64,000 nucleotides of DNA from Candidatus Thorarchaeota archaeon (GTDB lineage Archaea; Asgardarchaeota; Thorarchaeia; Thorarchaeales; Thorarchaeaceae). Positions within the stretch are counted from its first letter, which is position 1, and the number at the start of each line of letters is the position of its first letter. The translations under genes were made by a program, and so were the position numbers. Shown here piece after piece: positions 9,407-19,450 of this stretch. Where the stretch lies: the NCBI GenBank assembly GCA_046758445.1, contig JBHIAE010000008.1:15806-79805 (forward strand), in the 5' to 3' direction. The notes below the pieces were generated by a model, which did no database searches, had not been told where the DNA came from, and saw only the letters and a list, made by a program, of their open reading frames with translations.

Positions 9407-11986
9407 ATGAGTACTCTAGACATGACCCTTGAGAAGCTCTTCATAAGAGAGGACCAAACAGCCCTGCGCAAGGATCTCCGTTCAATGACCTCCAGCCTCG
9501 GATGGAAAGAAACCTGTGGCCGCTTGGGTAATGCGATTAGATCATGTTGTTCTGGTCGATGGCTTCTCGTAAACAAGCGCCTCCTCTCGCTCTTCGATAT
9601 GGAGGAATTGATTGGATATGATGGCGATGTGATGGAAATCCTGCAGTCTGTTCCAGATACAGATGATTTCAATGAAGTGAACCGTCTGGCTCGGGACAAG
9701 ATGATTGCTATTGTACAAGAACAGTTGGAGAGGTCTGGCTCGACACTCTTCTTTGACATTGAATCTATGACGAAGAAAGCCACAGCCAAAGTGGTAGCCG
9801 AAGTTTCAAAAGCGCGCATACATGAATTCGCTGGAGTTCTAAACGCTCAGACAAAGAGTTCAACTCTAGACCTTCTGGCCCTCTGGGTAACCGAATACGG
9901 GTTTCGAATGCTCAGGGCTTTGGGAGTGGAAGGAATCATCGAGTTGAGTGAAAGTCGGGGAGCTACATATGTTATTGAGTATATCAAGAAACGATTCACA
10001 GAAGTCGAAAAGCTTGATCCGAATGCCTCAATCTTGAACGGTGACTTTCAGCATAAATCTCCGCTTCTCGAAATGTCTGTCAGACTCAGAAATCTAATGA
10101 CCTCACTTCTTGACCTCGAACTCAAAAAGGACCTCGTGCCAATCTCGTCCTTGACCTATCTTCATGAGGCTGGCTACGCTGACGCTGCCGAGTTCCTGAG
10201 GATGATTAGAAAGGTTCTTACATCCAAAATCAGGACAGAACCGTGGAAGAATGTCGACGTCAGACCCTTCATCTTCGCGATTCGCGAATTCGCCGCAAAG
10301 GCGCCCAAGATTGCGGTCAAAGAACTAGACTTGATGCTCAATCTTCCACTTCCCATGAGAAATCATGAAGACTATGAGCTTGTCGATACTGTTCATGTAG
10401 AGTGCTTGAGAAAGCTGAGGGATATAGGAACAAAGCAGGCCATCGATGTGATCAACCAGTTCGTTTCCAAGCTGGAATGGGAGTCTGACATTGAGGACGG
10501 ATGCAAGTCGAGGGCAGGTCTGAAATGGTCCACAATGCAGGCGTTGAAGATTGCTGAGGATGTCATGCTGGAACATAGACGGTCTGAGATGGCGAATGTA
10601 TACATGGAATTCAAAGAGTGCCTTAGATGGCATGCTCCGTGGTACATAGGCGAGCTATGTGAATGGGTTGTGGATGGAATTGTGAAAACGCAAGGATCGC
10701 AAGCTATCGGTCCTCTATTGGAGCATCTGGTCTGGAATCATGCAAAATATGATGAGTGTAATTACGAAATCGAAATCGATGGCAGAATCTTCAATGGTCT
10801 AGTCAAGATAGGAGAACCAGCTATTCCGGGCCTTATTGACCAGTTGGAAGACCATGAATTGGGCTTTCTTCTCTTTGACGTTCTAGCTCACATTGGAGGC
10901 TCCGCCGGGGAACAAGTCTTCGCCCGATTCAAACATGGATTTCATTACGCTTCTTCTGATTTTGGTCGAGCCTTTGTTAGCTTCTTTGCGAAACAGGACC
11001 ACCCAAAGGCACTTGAAGCATCACTAGTTGCCCTCAATTCACCTCCCGATGACATGACTGAGGATGAATGGTTTGATTCGATGTCGGTTGGGATAGATGA
11101 AAGTGAAATTGTTGCTGCTTTATCAAGTGACAGCAGTTGTGTCAGAAATGGTGCTACTCTGTATTTGGCCAAGAGGGCAAATAGCGTGAATAGTGTCACC
11201 GCGATGCTAGACCTCGGAGCGTCCCATTTCCAAACAAGGCAAGTCTACTTTCCTGACCGCTACGATGACTACGACACTGCCCCGGAATGGACATTCTACC
11301 ATCTCGCTGAGGCTGCCCTTAGAATCGGTGAGAGAGCCATCCTAGCTGTGGTCAACAGGTTTGAATCCTCAGACTGGACTCAAAGGGCTTGTGCCGCCTT
11401 GACATTGTCCACCATAGCAACATTTGAAACTGGAGAACAGCTCCTTTGCGCGAATGGTCTGGATGAGTTTCTGGCGAAGTTCTTTGATGAAGGATTCCGA
11501 CTTGGAAGAAGCTATGAGGAGATGAGAGATGAACTCTGGTGTGCCGACCTTCCCTTTGGCGGTTTCTGGATGAATCGAGCGGTGGCAATTGGTAAGTTTC
11601 TGACTCTGAAAGACGGTAACTGGAGTTGGGATAGGGATAGTGTCAAGGAAGAGGTTACAGCCTCTGAAGAACCGTGGCTTGTAGTGGGCAGCGTTGGCCA
11701 GTTCGAAGAGCTGCTCCAAGACGAGAGTATTGTTGAAGCCATACAGGAGGTTGGTGACCGCATTGCTATGGGAATCGAGTCGGCAATGTCAGATGATATT
11801 AGAGTTCTCCGAATTGTGACAGAGGTACTAGGCATTAAAGCTATCACGACAAATGGCAGATTCCAGAGTGCACTGATGGAAGCGCTCAAACATCCTCGAA
11901 GAGTGAGTCTGCGAGCCCGAGTTTCTGAAGATCTGGTACTGATGGAGAACGAGCAGATTCGCAGAACAATCAAGATGGGGAACTAG
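9407..11986 (+). CDS. Large HEAT/PBS-lyase-like repeat protein
   Basis: 859 aa, helical; repeats such as LVKIGEPAIPGLI, ALRIGERAILAVV, VRNGATLYL. Confidence 0.7.
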   Translation: MSTLDMTLEKLFIREDQTALRKDLRSMTSSLGWKETCGRLGNAIRSCCSGRWLLVNKRLLSLFDMEELIGYDGDVMEILQSVPDTDDFNEVNRLARDKMIAIVQEQLERSGSTLFFDIESMTKKATAKVVAEVSKARIHEFAGVLNAQTKSSTLDLLALWVTEYGFRMLRALGVEGIIELSESRGATYVIEYIKKRFTEVEKLDPNASILNGDFQHKSPLLEMSVRLRNLMTSLLDLELKKDLVPISSLTYLHEAGYADAAEFLRMIRKVLTSKIRTEPWKNVDVRPFIFAIREFAAKAPKIAVKELDLMLNLPLPMRNHEDYELVDTVHVECLRKLRDIGTKQAIDVINQFVSKLEWESDIEDGCKSRAGLKWSTMQALKIAEDVMLEHRRSEMANVYMEFKECLRWHAPWYIGELCEWVVDGIVKTQGSQAIGPLLEHLVWNHAKYDECNYEIEIDGRIFNGLVKIGEPAIPGLIDQLEDHELGFLLFDVLAHIGGSAGEQVFARFKHGFHYASSDFGRAFVSFFAKQDHPKALEASLVALNSPPDDMTEDEWFDSMSVGIDESEIVAALSSDSSCVRNGATLYLAKRANSVNSVTAMLDLGASHFQTRQVYFPDRYDDYDTAPEWTFYHLAEAALRIGERAILAVVNRFESSDWTQRACAALTLSTIATFETGEQLLCANGLDEFLAKFFDEGFRLGRSYEEMRDELWCADLPFGGFWMNRAVAIGKFLTLKDGNWSWDRDSVKEEVTASEEPWLVVGSVGQFEELLQDESIVEAIQEVGDRIAMGIESAMSDDIRVLRIVTEVLGIKAITTNGRFQSALMEALKHPRRVSLRARVSEDLVLMENEQIRRTIKMGN

Positions 11987-12076
11987 TTCTTGCTCCCATG
12001 TCTTGGAGTCCTCATCAACAACTCTCGTATCATTAAGGTCACAAGAACCCAATCGAAGGCAGTCATGGGTATGGAT

Positions 12077-12433
12077 CTAGAGGTCGAGAATCTCTAGTTT
12101 CTCGGCCAATTTGATAATCGGAAGATACGCAACCCTCGGCTCTGCCTCAAGAGTCTTGACAAACTCGATTGATTCCTTATCCCTGCTCCTGTACGCCAAG
12201 AAGCTACCTTCCGGTGGTCCCTCGCCTTCCGCGTAAACCCACAGGGGTAAACCATAGTTAAGAAAGAATCCGTGGTGTGAGATAAGCGTCCCGAAGATGT
12301 GACGGCCCTCATATTCAAAGTAGAACATGCTCGCAGGACGGTCCCTCTGTGAAGATGATACGAGCATCCTCGCAAGCTCCATCATCGACTCAAGCTTGAT
12401 GTTGACAGGTGACTTGACTCCTTCCTCGCTCAT
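12077..12433 (-). CDS. Conserved archaeal hypothetical protein (resembles the 'cren protein' family)
   Basis: 118-aa ORF with ELARM...YFEY...GLPL..Y...YLPIIKL pattern; recalled similarity only. Confidence 0.6.
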   Translation of the reverse strand: MSEEGVKSPVNIKLESMMELARMLVSSSQRDRPASMFYFEYEGRHIFGTLISHHGFFLNYGLPLWVYAEGEGPPEGSFLAYRSRDKESIEFVKTLEAEPRVAYLPIIKLAEKLEILDL

Positions 12434-12481
12434 TCAACGCACCTTAAGGCCACACAATTATGCTCGCTTATAAGAGTAGTT

Positions 12482-14698
12482 TTAGGGCGTGCTGAGGCTC
12501 TGACGGCTCGAATCTGCAAGGTTGGACAGTTCTGATGAGATGGTTGCTACTTCCTTGCGATTGTCCCCCACAAGAACTGCAGATACACATGTGAGTGATC
12601 CACTTGCTCCACCGGACAGGGCAACGCGAATATCCCCTTTCTGTAGCAGAACAAAGGAGAAACCATCTCCATGGTCGATTGAGTCAAGTGTCATACCAGA
12701 ATCACTGAGGGCTTTGACGACTTCCTCAAATAGGAGATGAGGCTCTACGTCACGCTTCATAATGGCACTGGTTTCTCTGTGTAGTGTCTTAGTCCCAAAG
12801 AGAAACTCGTGTGTGACAGGAGAATAGAGTACCTTACGAGTGATCGCCTTGCTAAGGAGCGACTCCGAGATGAGGCCGAAGCGACGTATCGACACTTCAC
12901 TTCCATCAATCAATGCAGGGGTGTATTCGTCGAATGGTTCGACCTCAGGCAGCTCCCACTCTAGGGCGGTTCCTGGAACGGCATCTTCTTCTCTAGGAGA
13001 TGATTCCTCAGTCAGGTTGAACTCCTGAATCTGTCGCTCAGATAGAGTCTGAATGTACTCTCTCATCCAGGTATCTAGGAGTTCCCAGTCTTCTTTGCTG
13101 AGTTTTAGTGGAGGTCGAGGAACCTCAGGTAGCTTCTCTACCAACTCCTCAAAGGCCTCTGGCCCAGCATCCACTTCCACTCCTGACGGATCTGACTCTT
13201 CAGGAAGCGCATCCTCCGGCATCATCCTCACAGCCTCAAAAAGCGCTGATAGTCTGTCTGTTCCACCGTGTTGCGAGATGCGAGGACGAACTTGTATCAT
13301 GAAACCGCGTTTATTCTCAGTGCTCTGGTCGAAGACCATGGCAACTCCGCGAGGAAGACTGCTGATGAAGACCTTATCACGAAACTTCTCGGGCATCACA
13401 GCAGGCGCCCTCTGTTGGAGAGCTCGGATGTCGGAATCGTGAGAGAGGGAGTGTGTAACTATGATGTCGGCCTGCGAAATCGCTTCGTCTGCAACTGCAG
13501 AGGGTTGTTGTGTACAGAGCACAAGGCTGCAACCAAACCTACGTCCCAGCTTGGCATAGCCAACAATTGCATCTTTGGCGGGTGTGCTTCCTGATTTCGG
13601 AACAAGCGTATGAGCCTCGTCTACAATGAGCCATGTTGGTGGCAGCTCCTCTCGCGCGCTCACTCCCTCGTCAGTCCAAGCCATTCGATATGTCAAGACC
13701 TGTCGACATAGCATGTTCGCAAGGATTGCAAGGACTGTGTCTGCGTCCGATCCAAGTGGGGCTACATCGATGATCGTGATCTGGCCAGTAACGGCGAGGT
13801 CCTGAGCGCTAGTACCTCCGGGATGAAAGACTCCAAGCCGGTCTGCACGCTTGAGCCGTTGGATCATTGCGGTTCTTGTGGCCGGCTGATATAGCTCTTC
13901 GAGTGACGGGTTTGACTCGATACACCGAATCATGTCACGAACGCTGAAGTCTCGCTTGGGGGCCACCTTCTCTCCACTATCACGCGCGTATCCTTGGAGA
14001 AGACTCTCCAGCACATCACCAATGAGGTTGTCCATGGCAGTGCTTAGCTGACCACCCTTCTCTAGGACATAGCCCCAGTCAGCCCCCGTGAGTTCCCTGG
14101 GACTTATCGCAAGGGGAAGAAGGCGCGCCTTCTCTTTGACTTCATCCGGAAGTCCTGCATAGGTTCGACGTGGAACGTAAATTGAAACAGGAAAACCTCT
14201 AGATTCCAGACTCCATTTCTTCAATAGGTCCTCTTGGCCAGTGTTTGGCTCTACGCTCTGTCTGAACACGTCAACTGTATCGATGACTACACCAGCAACC
14301 TCAATCTCCTTACGCTCCATTGTCCGTGCCAGTTCTTCAGCGATTATCCCGAGCGTGTAGCTCTTACCGGAGCCCCTCTTTCCTGCGACGAGCATCACAT
14401 GAGGACTTACTAGGTCTAAGTACACAGGCATCCCAAGTAGCGATTCGAGAATGTCATCGGAAGATTCTGTCACCGCCCCAATCATGCCCAGGCCAGTGTG
14501 CTGGTACCTCCTGTGAAATGAGTCGGACCTGCCGATGACTACACCTACACCTAGATCTACTAGCAAGTCCAGAGGCTCTTCGACTCTAGGATGATATGGT
14601 AGTGCGGACATTGGAAGCAGGTCTACCAGCTTGTCTGCGACAGTCGGCTTCTTGCCTGGCTCTGGAGTTTTGTCTTCTGAGTGGTGGTACTCGTCCAA
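12482..14698 (-). CDS. HerA/FtsK-family ATPase (DUF87) with acidic linker and C-terminal extra domain
   Basis: Walker A GKRGSGKS, Walker B IVDEAH, GRRFG Arg finger, TQQPS. Confidence 0.88.
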   Translation of the reverse strand: MDEYHHSEDKTPEPGKKPTVADKLVDLLPMSALPYHPRVEEPLDLLVDLGVGVVIGRSDSFHRRYQHTGLGMIGAVTESSDDILESLLGMPVYLDLVSPHVMLVAGKRGSGKSYTLGIIAEELARTMERKEIEVAGVVIDTVDVFRQSVEPNTGQEDLLKKWSLESRGFPVSIYVPRRTYAGLPDEVKEKARLLPLAISPRELTGADWGYVLEKGGQLSTAMDNLIGDVLESLLQGYARDSGEKVAPKRDFSVRDMIRCIESNPSLEELYQPATRTAMIQRLKRADRLGVFHPGGTSAQDLAVTGQITIIDVAPLGSDADTVLAILANMLCRQVLTYRMAWTDEGVSAREELPPTWLIVDEAHTLVPKSGSTPAKDAIVGYAKLGRRFGCSLVLCTQQPSAVADEAISQADIIVTHSLSHDSDIRALQQRAPAVMPEKFRDKVFISSLPRGVAMVFDQSTENKRGFMIQVRPRISQHGGTDRLSALFEAVRMMPEDALPEESDPSGVEVDAGPEAFEELVEKLPEVPRPPLKLSKEDWELLDTWMREYIQTLSERQIQEFNLTEESSPREEDAVPGTALEWELPEVEPFDEYTPALIDGSEVSIRRFGLISESLLSKAITRKVLYSPVTHEFLFGTKTLHRETSAIMKRDVEPHLLFEEVVKALSDSGMTLDSIDHGDGFSFVLLQKGDIRVALSGGASGSLTCVSAVLVGDNRKEVATISSELSNLADSSRQSLSTP

Positions 14699-14774
14699 AG
14701 GACTCCCTCAGAGTAGCCGCACTCTGAAATCGAATAAAGCTTTGTGGGAAATGCGGGCTCATGCAGTTTAGACT

Positions 14775-15218
14775 CTAATCTTCATCGTTGACCCAGGCCA
14801 TGTCGGGCTCCCAAGGACTGACTGATACATCTCGCACGAACTCTTCGTCCTCAAGATACCCAGATAGCCTTTGATTCAGAAGAGCGTCTCTCAGAATCCG
14901 CTCAATTGTTTCTCTGGGTAGATTCGATTCTCTCTGCAGTTCTGCTATAGCGACTCTCTTCCTCATGGCGGCAATCTCTAGGACGCTGTATTCCTGGCGA
15001 GCGCTTCTTGACCCTGGACCCCACAGATACGCTCCAACGAGTAAGAGAAGCAACCCTGTGATGAGAAGTATCCGCGAGATTGACGTGAAAAGGACGTTAT
15101 CCTGCATGTGGGGAAACGTAGTCCAAGCGAGAATCATCACCCCCGCAACAGCCTGCACATTGATTGCTGCTATCACTGCCCACATTCCAATTTCGTCAGG
15201 GGATCTTCCTGGCGCCAT
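14775..15218 (-). CDS. Two-TM membrane protein with C-terminal PCI-like winged helix
   Basis: Two hydrophobic helices, then RVAIAELQRESNLPRETIERILRDALLNQRLSGYLE. Confidence 0.6.
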   Translation of the reverse strand: MAPGRSPDEIGMWAVIAAINVQAVAGVMILAWTTFPHMQDNVLFTSISRILLITGLLLLLVGAYLWGPGSRSARQEYSVLEIAAMRKRVAIAELQRESNLPRETIERILRDALLNQRLSGYLEDEEFVRDVSVSPWEPDMAWVNDED

Positions 15219-15324
15219 CTTCCTATACTCCCACTCTACTGAGGGAAACCAATGCTTTTAGAGATTCGCAGCATTTGGCCATGTCGCACAACACTCAAAA
15301 CACCAGCACTAATGAGAACTGTCT

Positions 15325-16104
15325 ATGCAAGACCTCATTCAAGATGGCGACCATGTCTACATTTTCCTCGACGCCAAGAGAAACTGGATCAGGAAGGTGA
15401 AAGCGGGGGAAGAGTTTCACTCAAACAAGGGCATCATCCAGTACGATGATCTGATCGGTCGTCCATTCGGTTTCAGGGTGGAGAGTCACTCAGGCATTGT
15501 CTTTCAGGTACACCGGCCCAACCAGACCGATGTACAGATTGCAATGGGTCGAAATACACAGATTGTGTATCCAAAGGATGCCGGAACAATTCTGATTGAA
15601 GCCGAGATAGTTGCTGGCTCCAGGGTCGTGGAATCGGGAACTGGATCAGGAGCTCTCACCGGGATTCTTGCCAGGGCAGTTGGTCCCACAGGACATGTAT
15701 ACACATACGAGGTTCGGGACGACATGTTCAAGGGTGCCAAGAGGAATCTACAGCGCTACGGTCTCACTGAGAATGTTACCATGCACCACAAAGACATCCT
15801 AGATGGTATCGAGGAGGAATTTGTCGATGCGATTGTGTTGGACCTGGCCACTCCGTGGGAGATTGTAGACGATGCCCATCGTGCACTCAAGCCTAGTCAT
15901 ATGCTCGCTAGCTACAGTCCCACGATTGAGCAGTCTATGAAGACATGCAAGGCTCTCGCAGAAGCAGGGAAGTGGGGCATGGTGAAGACTTTGGAGGTCC
16001 TTCAGCGAGAGATAATGGTACGAGAAGGAAAGACAAGACCCACAACGTGGATGGTAGGTCATACTGGATACATGACATTTGCCAGGGCAATGATTGTGTC
16101 ATAA
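15325..16104 (+). CDS. trmI: tRNA (adenine-N1) methyltransferase TrmI
   Basis: TQIVYPKD, ESGTGSG SAM motif, LDLATPW, SPTIEQ, GHTGY. Confidence 0.95.
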   Translation: MQDLIQDGDHVYIFLDAKRNWIRKVKAGEEFHSNKGIIQYDDLIGRPFGFRVESHSGIVFQVHRPNQTDVQIAMGRNTQIVYPKDAGTILIEAEIVAGSRVVESGTGSGALTGILARAVGPTGHVYTYEVRDDMFKGAKRNLQRYGLTENVTMHHKDILDGIEEEFVDAIVLDLATPWEIVDDAHRALKPSHMLASYSPTIEQSMKTCKALAEAGKWGMVKTLEVLQREIMVREGKTRPTTWMVGHTGYMTFARAMIVS

Positions 16105-16180
16105 TTGTGACCAAAACCTTATATTGAGATGCTACGTGTGTAAACTGTCGATTGTTGTCGACTACTGTTGGTAGATTATT

Positions 16181-16555
16181 ATGTCATATCGCCACAAGAA
16201 GTCTTCCTGTTCTAAGAAGACACGAGAGATTCTTGAAGACTTTGAGCCCCCTGAAGAGGACAAGTATGGACCAGTCCAAGTTACGGAAGCTGTAAATGAC
16301 CTTGCCTCAAGAAAGGAGTCTGATACTGCGAAGGAAAAGGAAACGAATGTCCTTCCCCCTGATGCAGAGGAAAGGCTCAGAAGTGATGATGAACGTCAGG
16401 TGCAGATCCCACCTATGCCTACGAATGAGATAGAACCTCTGGAGGACTACGTTCCTATCCAAGAGGCTAGTTTTGAGGTTGAGGCCACAAAAGAGGACAT
16501 TGAGAAGAAACGGAAGAAGCGCAACTACGTGGAGTTTCGTGCTGATTATGGATAG
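16181..16555 (+). CDS. Hypothetical acidic, probably disordered protein
   Basis: 124-aa ORF after TATA-like CCTTATAT; Glu/Pro-rich with basic C-terminal patch; coupled to next gene. Confidence 0.6.
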   Translation: MSYRHKKSSCSKKTREILEDFEPPEEDKYGPVQVTEAVNDLASRKESDTAKEKETNVLPPDAEERLRSDDERQVQIPPMPTNEIEPLEDYVPIQEASFEVEATKEDIEKKRKKRNYVEFRADYG

Positions 16556-16570
16556 GGAGGGGACTATGCT

Positions 16571-16942
16571 ATGTCAAGGCCGAAGATTGATGATCTGCTG
16601 CATGAGATCAAGGAACTCCGAAAGACGGTTCTTGAATTGAGAGAAACAGTGCGCCAGCTGAATGCTCGAATGGAGAGAGTCAGCCAGCAGGAGATTCCTC
16701 CGGTTGAGGTAGGAGAATATACTGTGATTTCCGATCAAGGAAGTTACATCGAGGGCGATACTAGTTGGACAAGGCTTGTCAGCCTGCTGCAAGATGCAAA
16801 CCATGGGTTGACTGCAGCCGAACTAGCGGCAATGTGGGGCAAGTCACGCTCAAGGACCAGTGAAGTCCTGAACAGGTTGGTCCATGATGGCCAGCTCGTG
16901 AAGTATAGAGACGGAAGAACAATACGCTTTCGTCCTTCGTAG
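16571..16942 (+). CDS. Coiled-coil + winged-helix DNA-binding protein
   Basis: GGAGG RBS; N-terminal heptads; GLTAAELAAMWGKSRSRTSEVLNRL HTH plus wing. Confidence 0.75.
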   Translation: MSRPKIDDLLHEIKELRKTVLELRETVRQLNARMERVSQQEIPPVEVGEYTVISDQGSYIEGDTSWTRLVSLLQDANHGLTAAELAAMWGKSRSRTSEVLNRLVHDGQLVKYRDGRTIRFRPS

Positions 16943-16967
16943 AACCCTTCCAAGGTCATTTGCCAAC

Positions 16968-16976
16968 TCTTTTTTT
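16968..16976 (+). terminator. Putative archaeal oligo-T terminator
   Basis: T-tract ~27 bp after the stop codon. Confidence 0.35.
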
Positions 16977-17077
16977 GGCACTAGGCTAGATTATTCAGTG
17001 AAAGCAGTCCAGTTGTCCAAGGTAGTCTTAAGTACCGCCTCTGGGACCAATGTTCTGAAACGCAAAACAGCCATGGA

Positions 17078-19414
17078 GTGTTCGTTGTGGCGAGTGGAAC
17101 GCCCGGGAAACGTGTCGACACAGGCACCGATGACGTGGAAGTCTACACGAGCAGACTCTACGATTTGAATATCCAGGCGCAGGACTCAGTAAGGGAGTTT
17201 GCTCTACATGACATCGACGACACTCCAGGTCTAGAGAAGAAACGCATTGCTATGCACGATGCTTTCAGTGAACTCTATGACGAGATTGCAGCGTTCAGTA
17301 ATGAGATTCGAGGTGAAGATTTCGACATCTCCTATCTACGGGAGAGGATTACTCACGCTGACGGGGACACGAAGGAACAACTTGAGAACGCTTTGAAGGA
17401 ACTCATAACAAAGGCTCAGGAAACTCTTGCAGAGGTGTGGATGGCAAAAGTGATGGCCTGGCTACACCAAGCTGCAGCCGCTAGCGGCCCATTCTTGGAG
17501 AGTGAGCATCCTGACAAGCTCAAGAGTGCCTCTGCCCATCTTGCCGAGGTCTATACGATGCTCGAGAAGCCGTTCTCGGCTGTGCCCTCAAAGGTCGACG
17601 GCACAGAGAAACTTAGGCGTGTTGCCCTAGGCCATAAGGCCTATGGCTTGATGAGCGAGGGACGCAGGAAAGGCGATAAGGATCTGGCGGAGATTCTTGG
17701 CAATAACAAGACGGCTGAGGCCGAGTTCTTTGATGAGTTCTTGAACGAATTGATTGGAAAAGAGAGTACGTTCAGGCAGGCGTTCAATCCTTTTGACGAG
17801 CTGATTTGGCGCGACATTCTGAGCTCGTTCATCTTCGAAAAAGCCACGGACCTTTACAACGAGGCACTCCCTCATTTCATGAAGAAGAGAAAGGCCAACA
17901 AGCAGAAGATCTCCATGATCAAGTCTTGGAAGCAGAACACATCAGGCCTCAGTGAAGTGTATCTTGCAATGACCTATAATGACATTGCAGATGCCCAGAT
18001 GAGAGCTGGTAATCTGGAAGATGCGTCCAAACTCTACCAAGTGTCGTCTGATGCGTTTGGACGTGCTGAGAAGTGCTTCAGAGAGGAGCTTCAGCTCCAG
18101 GAGAACGCTGAACAGTCTGGCGCGGACAAGGACCAAAAGAAAGCCCAATCGCTCTTCTGCAGAGCTGAAAACTCTGTGCAGACACTCTCGGAACTCATCA
18201 GGTTCAACAACAGAAACGAGTCAATTGCAGTTCTAAAGGACATCTTCAAAGACTTGAGAAAGGCAGAGAAGCTTGCCAAGACCAGAGAGCTCACGGCAGC
18301 AGTGAAGGCTGACCTAGCCACCTTCTCTTTTGTTGAAGACCTTCTAAAGAAGAAGAAGAAAGATGATGATCTTGTGGGTGTCGTAGAACAGATTGACTTT
18401 GCAAAGACAATAAGGAAGACCTCACTAGTTCAGAGCCTCAGCAAAGCACTCGACGAGGCAAGCGCTCACATGACCGACGAGCCTGTTGAATCGTTGGAGG
18501 CAATCAGAGAGGGTCTTGACACTCTTGGAATACTTCTCAGCCTCGAGATTGAAGATGAAGAGGTAGGAAGTCTAAGAAACAAGACGATTGCAATTCTTAA
18601 CAACGTCAAGTATGTGATACAGTTCCAGCTGAGCTCGAAGCTGCAACAGGGAGTCAAGTTCATTCTGTCCAGGATTCTTGAGAACCTTCATGCCATGGAA
18701 GCAGCGTCCTACTTCAAGGTTCTTGGAGAAACCAATCCGGCTGAAGAGCTCACAGATCTCGGCAGACTTGCCCTAGCAACTGCGTATGCCTCCGAGGCAC
18801 AGGTATATTCCAAGCAGGCCGAACAGTGGGCATTCAGAACCCAAATGGAAAGAGTCAACTACTTCGGACAGGTCCAGGATGAGATTGCGCGACTGGAGAT
18901 GGAAGAAGACTCAATTGACAGCACCATAGAAGCCCATGACACTACGATAGGTCGAATAAAGCAGACACTGGCCGCATTTGAGGCAGCTGCAAATGAGCTG
19001 GACTGTGTCAAGGGAGAAGAGATTCGGAGCAAGAACAACGTGGATGTTCAAGTCAGACAGCTTGAGGCAGTCGTTATGAAGTTCAAGGGTGACCACAGTC
19101 GCATCGAGGGTGCCAAGAGCGATTTCTTGGCCGAAGTGGAGTTCACCAAAGGATTGAAGTCGAAGGCTAAGATCCACTTCTCCGATGCAAATGATCATCT
19201 CAGGGAGGCCTTTGGAAACTACAATGTAGCAGCCCAAGTATTCATGCAGAGTGGCGATGGTCAGGCAGCTCAAAGTGTCCAGAACAGAGCAGAGATGGCC
19301 GATCGACTCGCTCGCGGCATATGGGACAACCGACAACGAATTGACAGGGGCCAAGATCCCACTGAAAAAGGGGAAGCAGAGCTCTCCGCCCTCTACATGG
19401 GCGGTGGAGAATAG
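17078..19414 (+). CDS. Large all-alpha-helical (TPR/SNAP-like) hypothetical protein
   Basis: 778 aa, Ala/Glu/Lys-rich amphipathic helices, e.g. YNDIADAQMRAGNLEDASKLYQVSSDAF. Confidence 0.7.
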   Translation: MFVVASGTPGKRVDTGTDDVEVYTSRLYDLNIQAQDSVREFALHDIDDTPGLEKKRIAMHDAFSELYDEIAAFSNEIRGEDFDISYLRERITHADGDTKEQLENALKELITKAQETLAEVWMAKVMAWLHQAAAASGPFLESEHPDKLKSASAHLAEVYTMLEKPFSAVPSKVDGTEKLRRVALGHKAYGLMSEGRRKGDKDLAEILGNNKTAEAEFFDEFLNELIGKESTFRQAFNPFDELIWRDILSSFIFEKATDLYNEALPHFMKKRKANKQKISMIKSWKQNTSGLSEVYLAMTYNDIADAQMRAGNLEDASKLYQVSSDAFGRAEKCFREELQLQENAEQSGADKDQKKAQSLFCRAENSVQTLSELIRFNNRNESIAVLKDIFKDLRKAEKLAKTRELTAAVKADLATFSFVEDLLKKKKKDDDLVGVVEQIDFAKTIRKTSLVQSLSKALDEASAHMTDEPVESLEAIREGLDTLGILLSLEIEDEEVGSLRNKTIAILNNVKYVIQFQLSSKLQQGVKFILSRILENLHAMEAASYFKVLGETNPAEELTDLGRLALATAYASEAQVYSKQAEQWAFRTQMERVNYFGQVQDEIARLEMEEDSIDSTIEAHDTTIGRIKQTLAAFEAAANELDCVKGEEIRSKNNVDVQVRQLEAVVMKFKGDHSRIEGAKSDFLAEVEFTKGLKSKAKIHFSDANDHLREAFGNYNVAAQVFMQSGDGQAAQSVQNRAEMADRLARGIWDNRQRIDRGQDPTEKGEAELSALYMGGGE

Positions 19415-19450
19415 ACTATTCCCAGAAACGGATCGGATATAGCAGATAGT

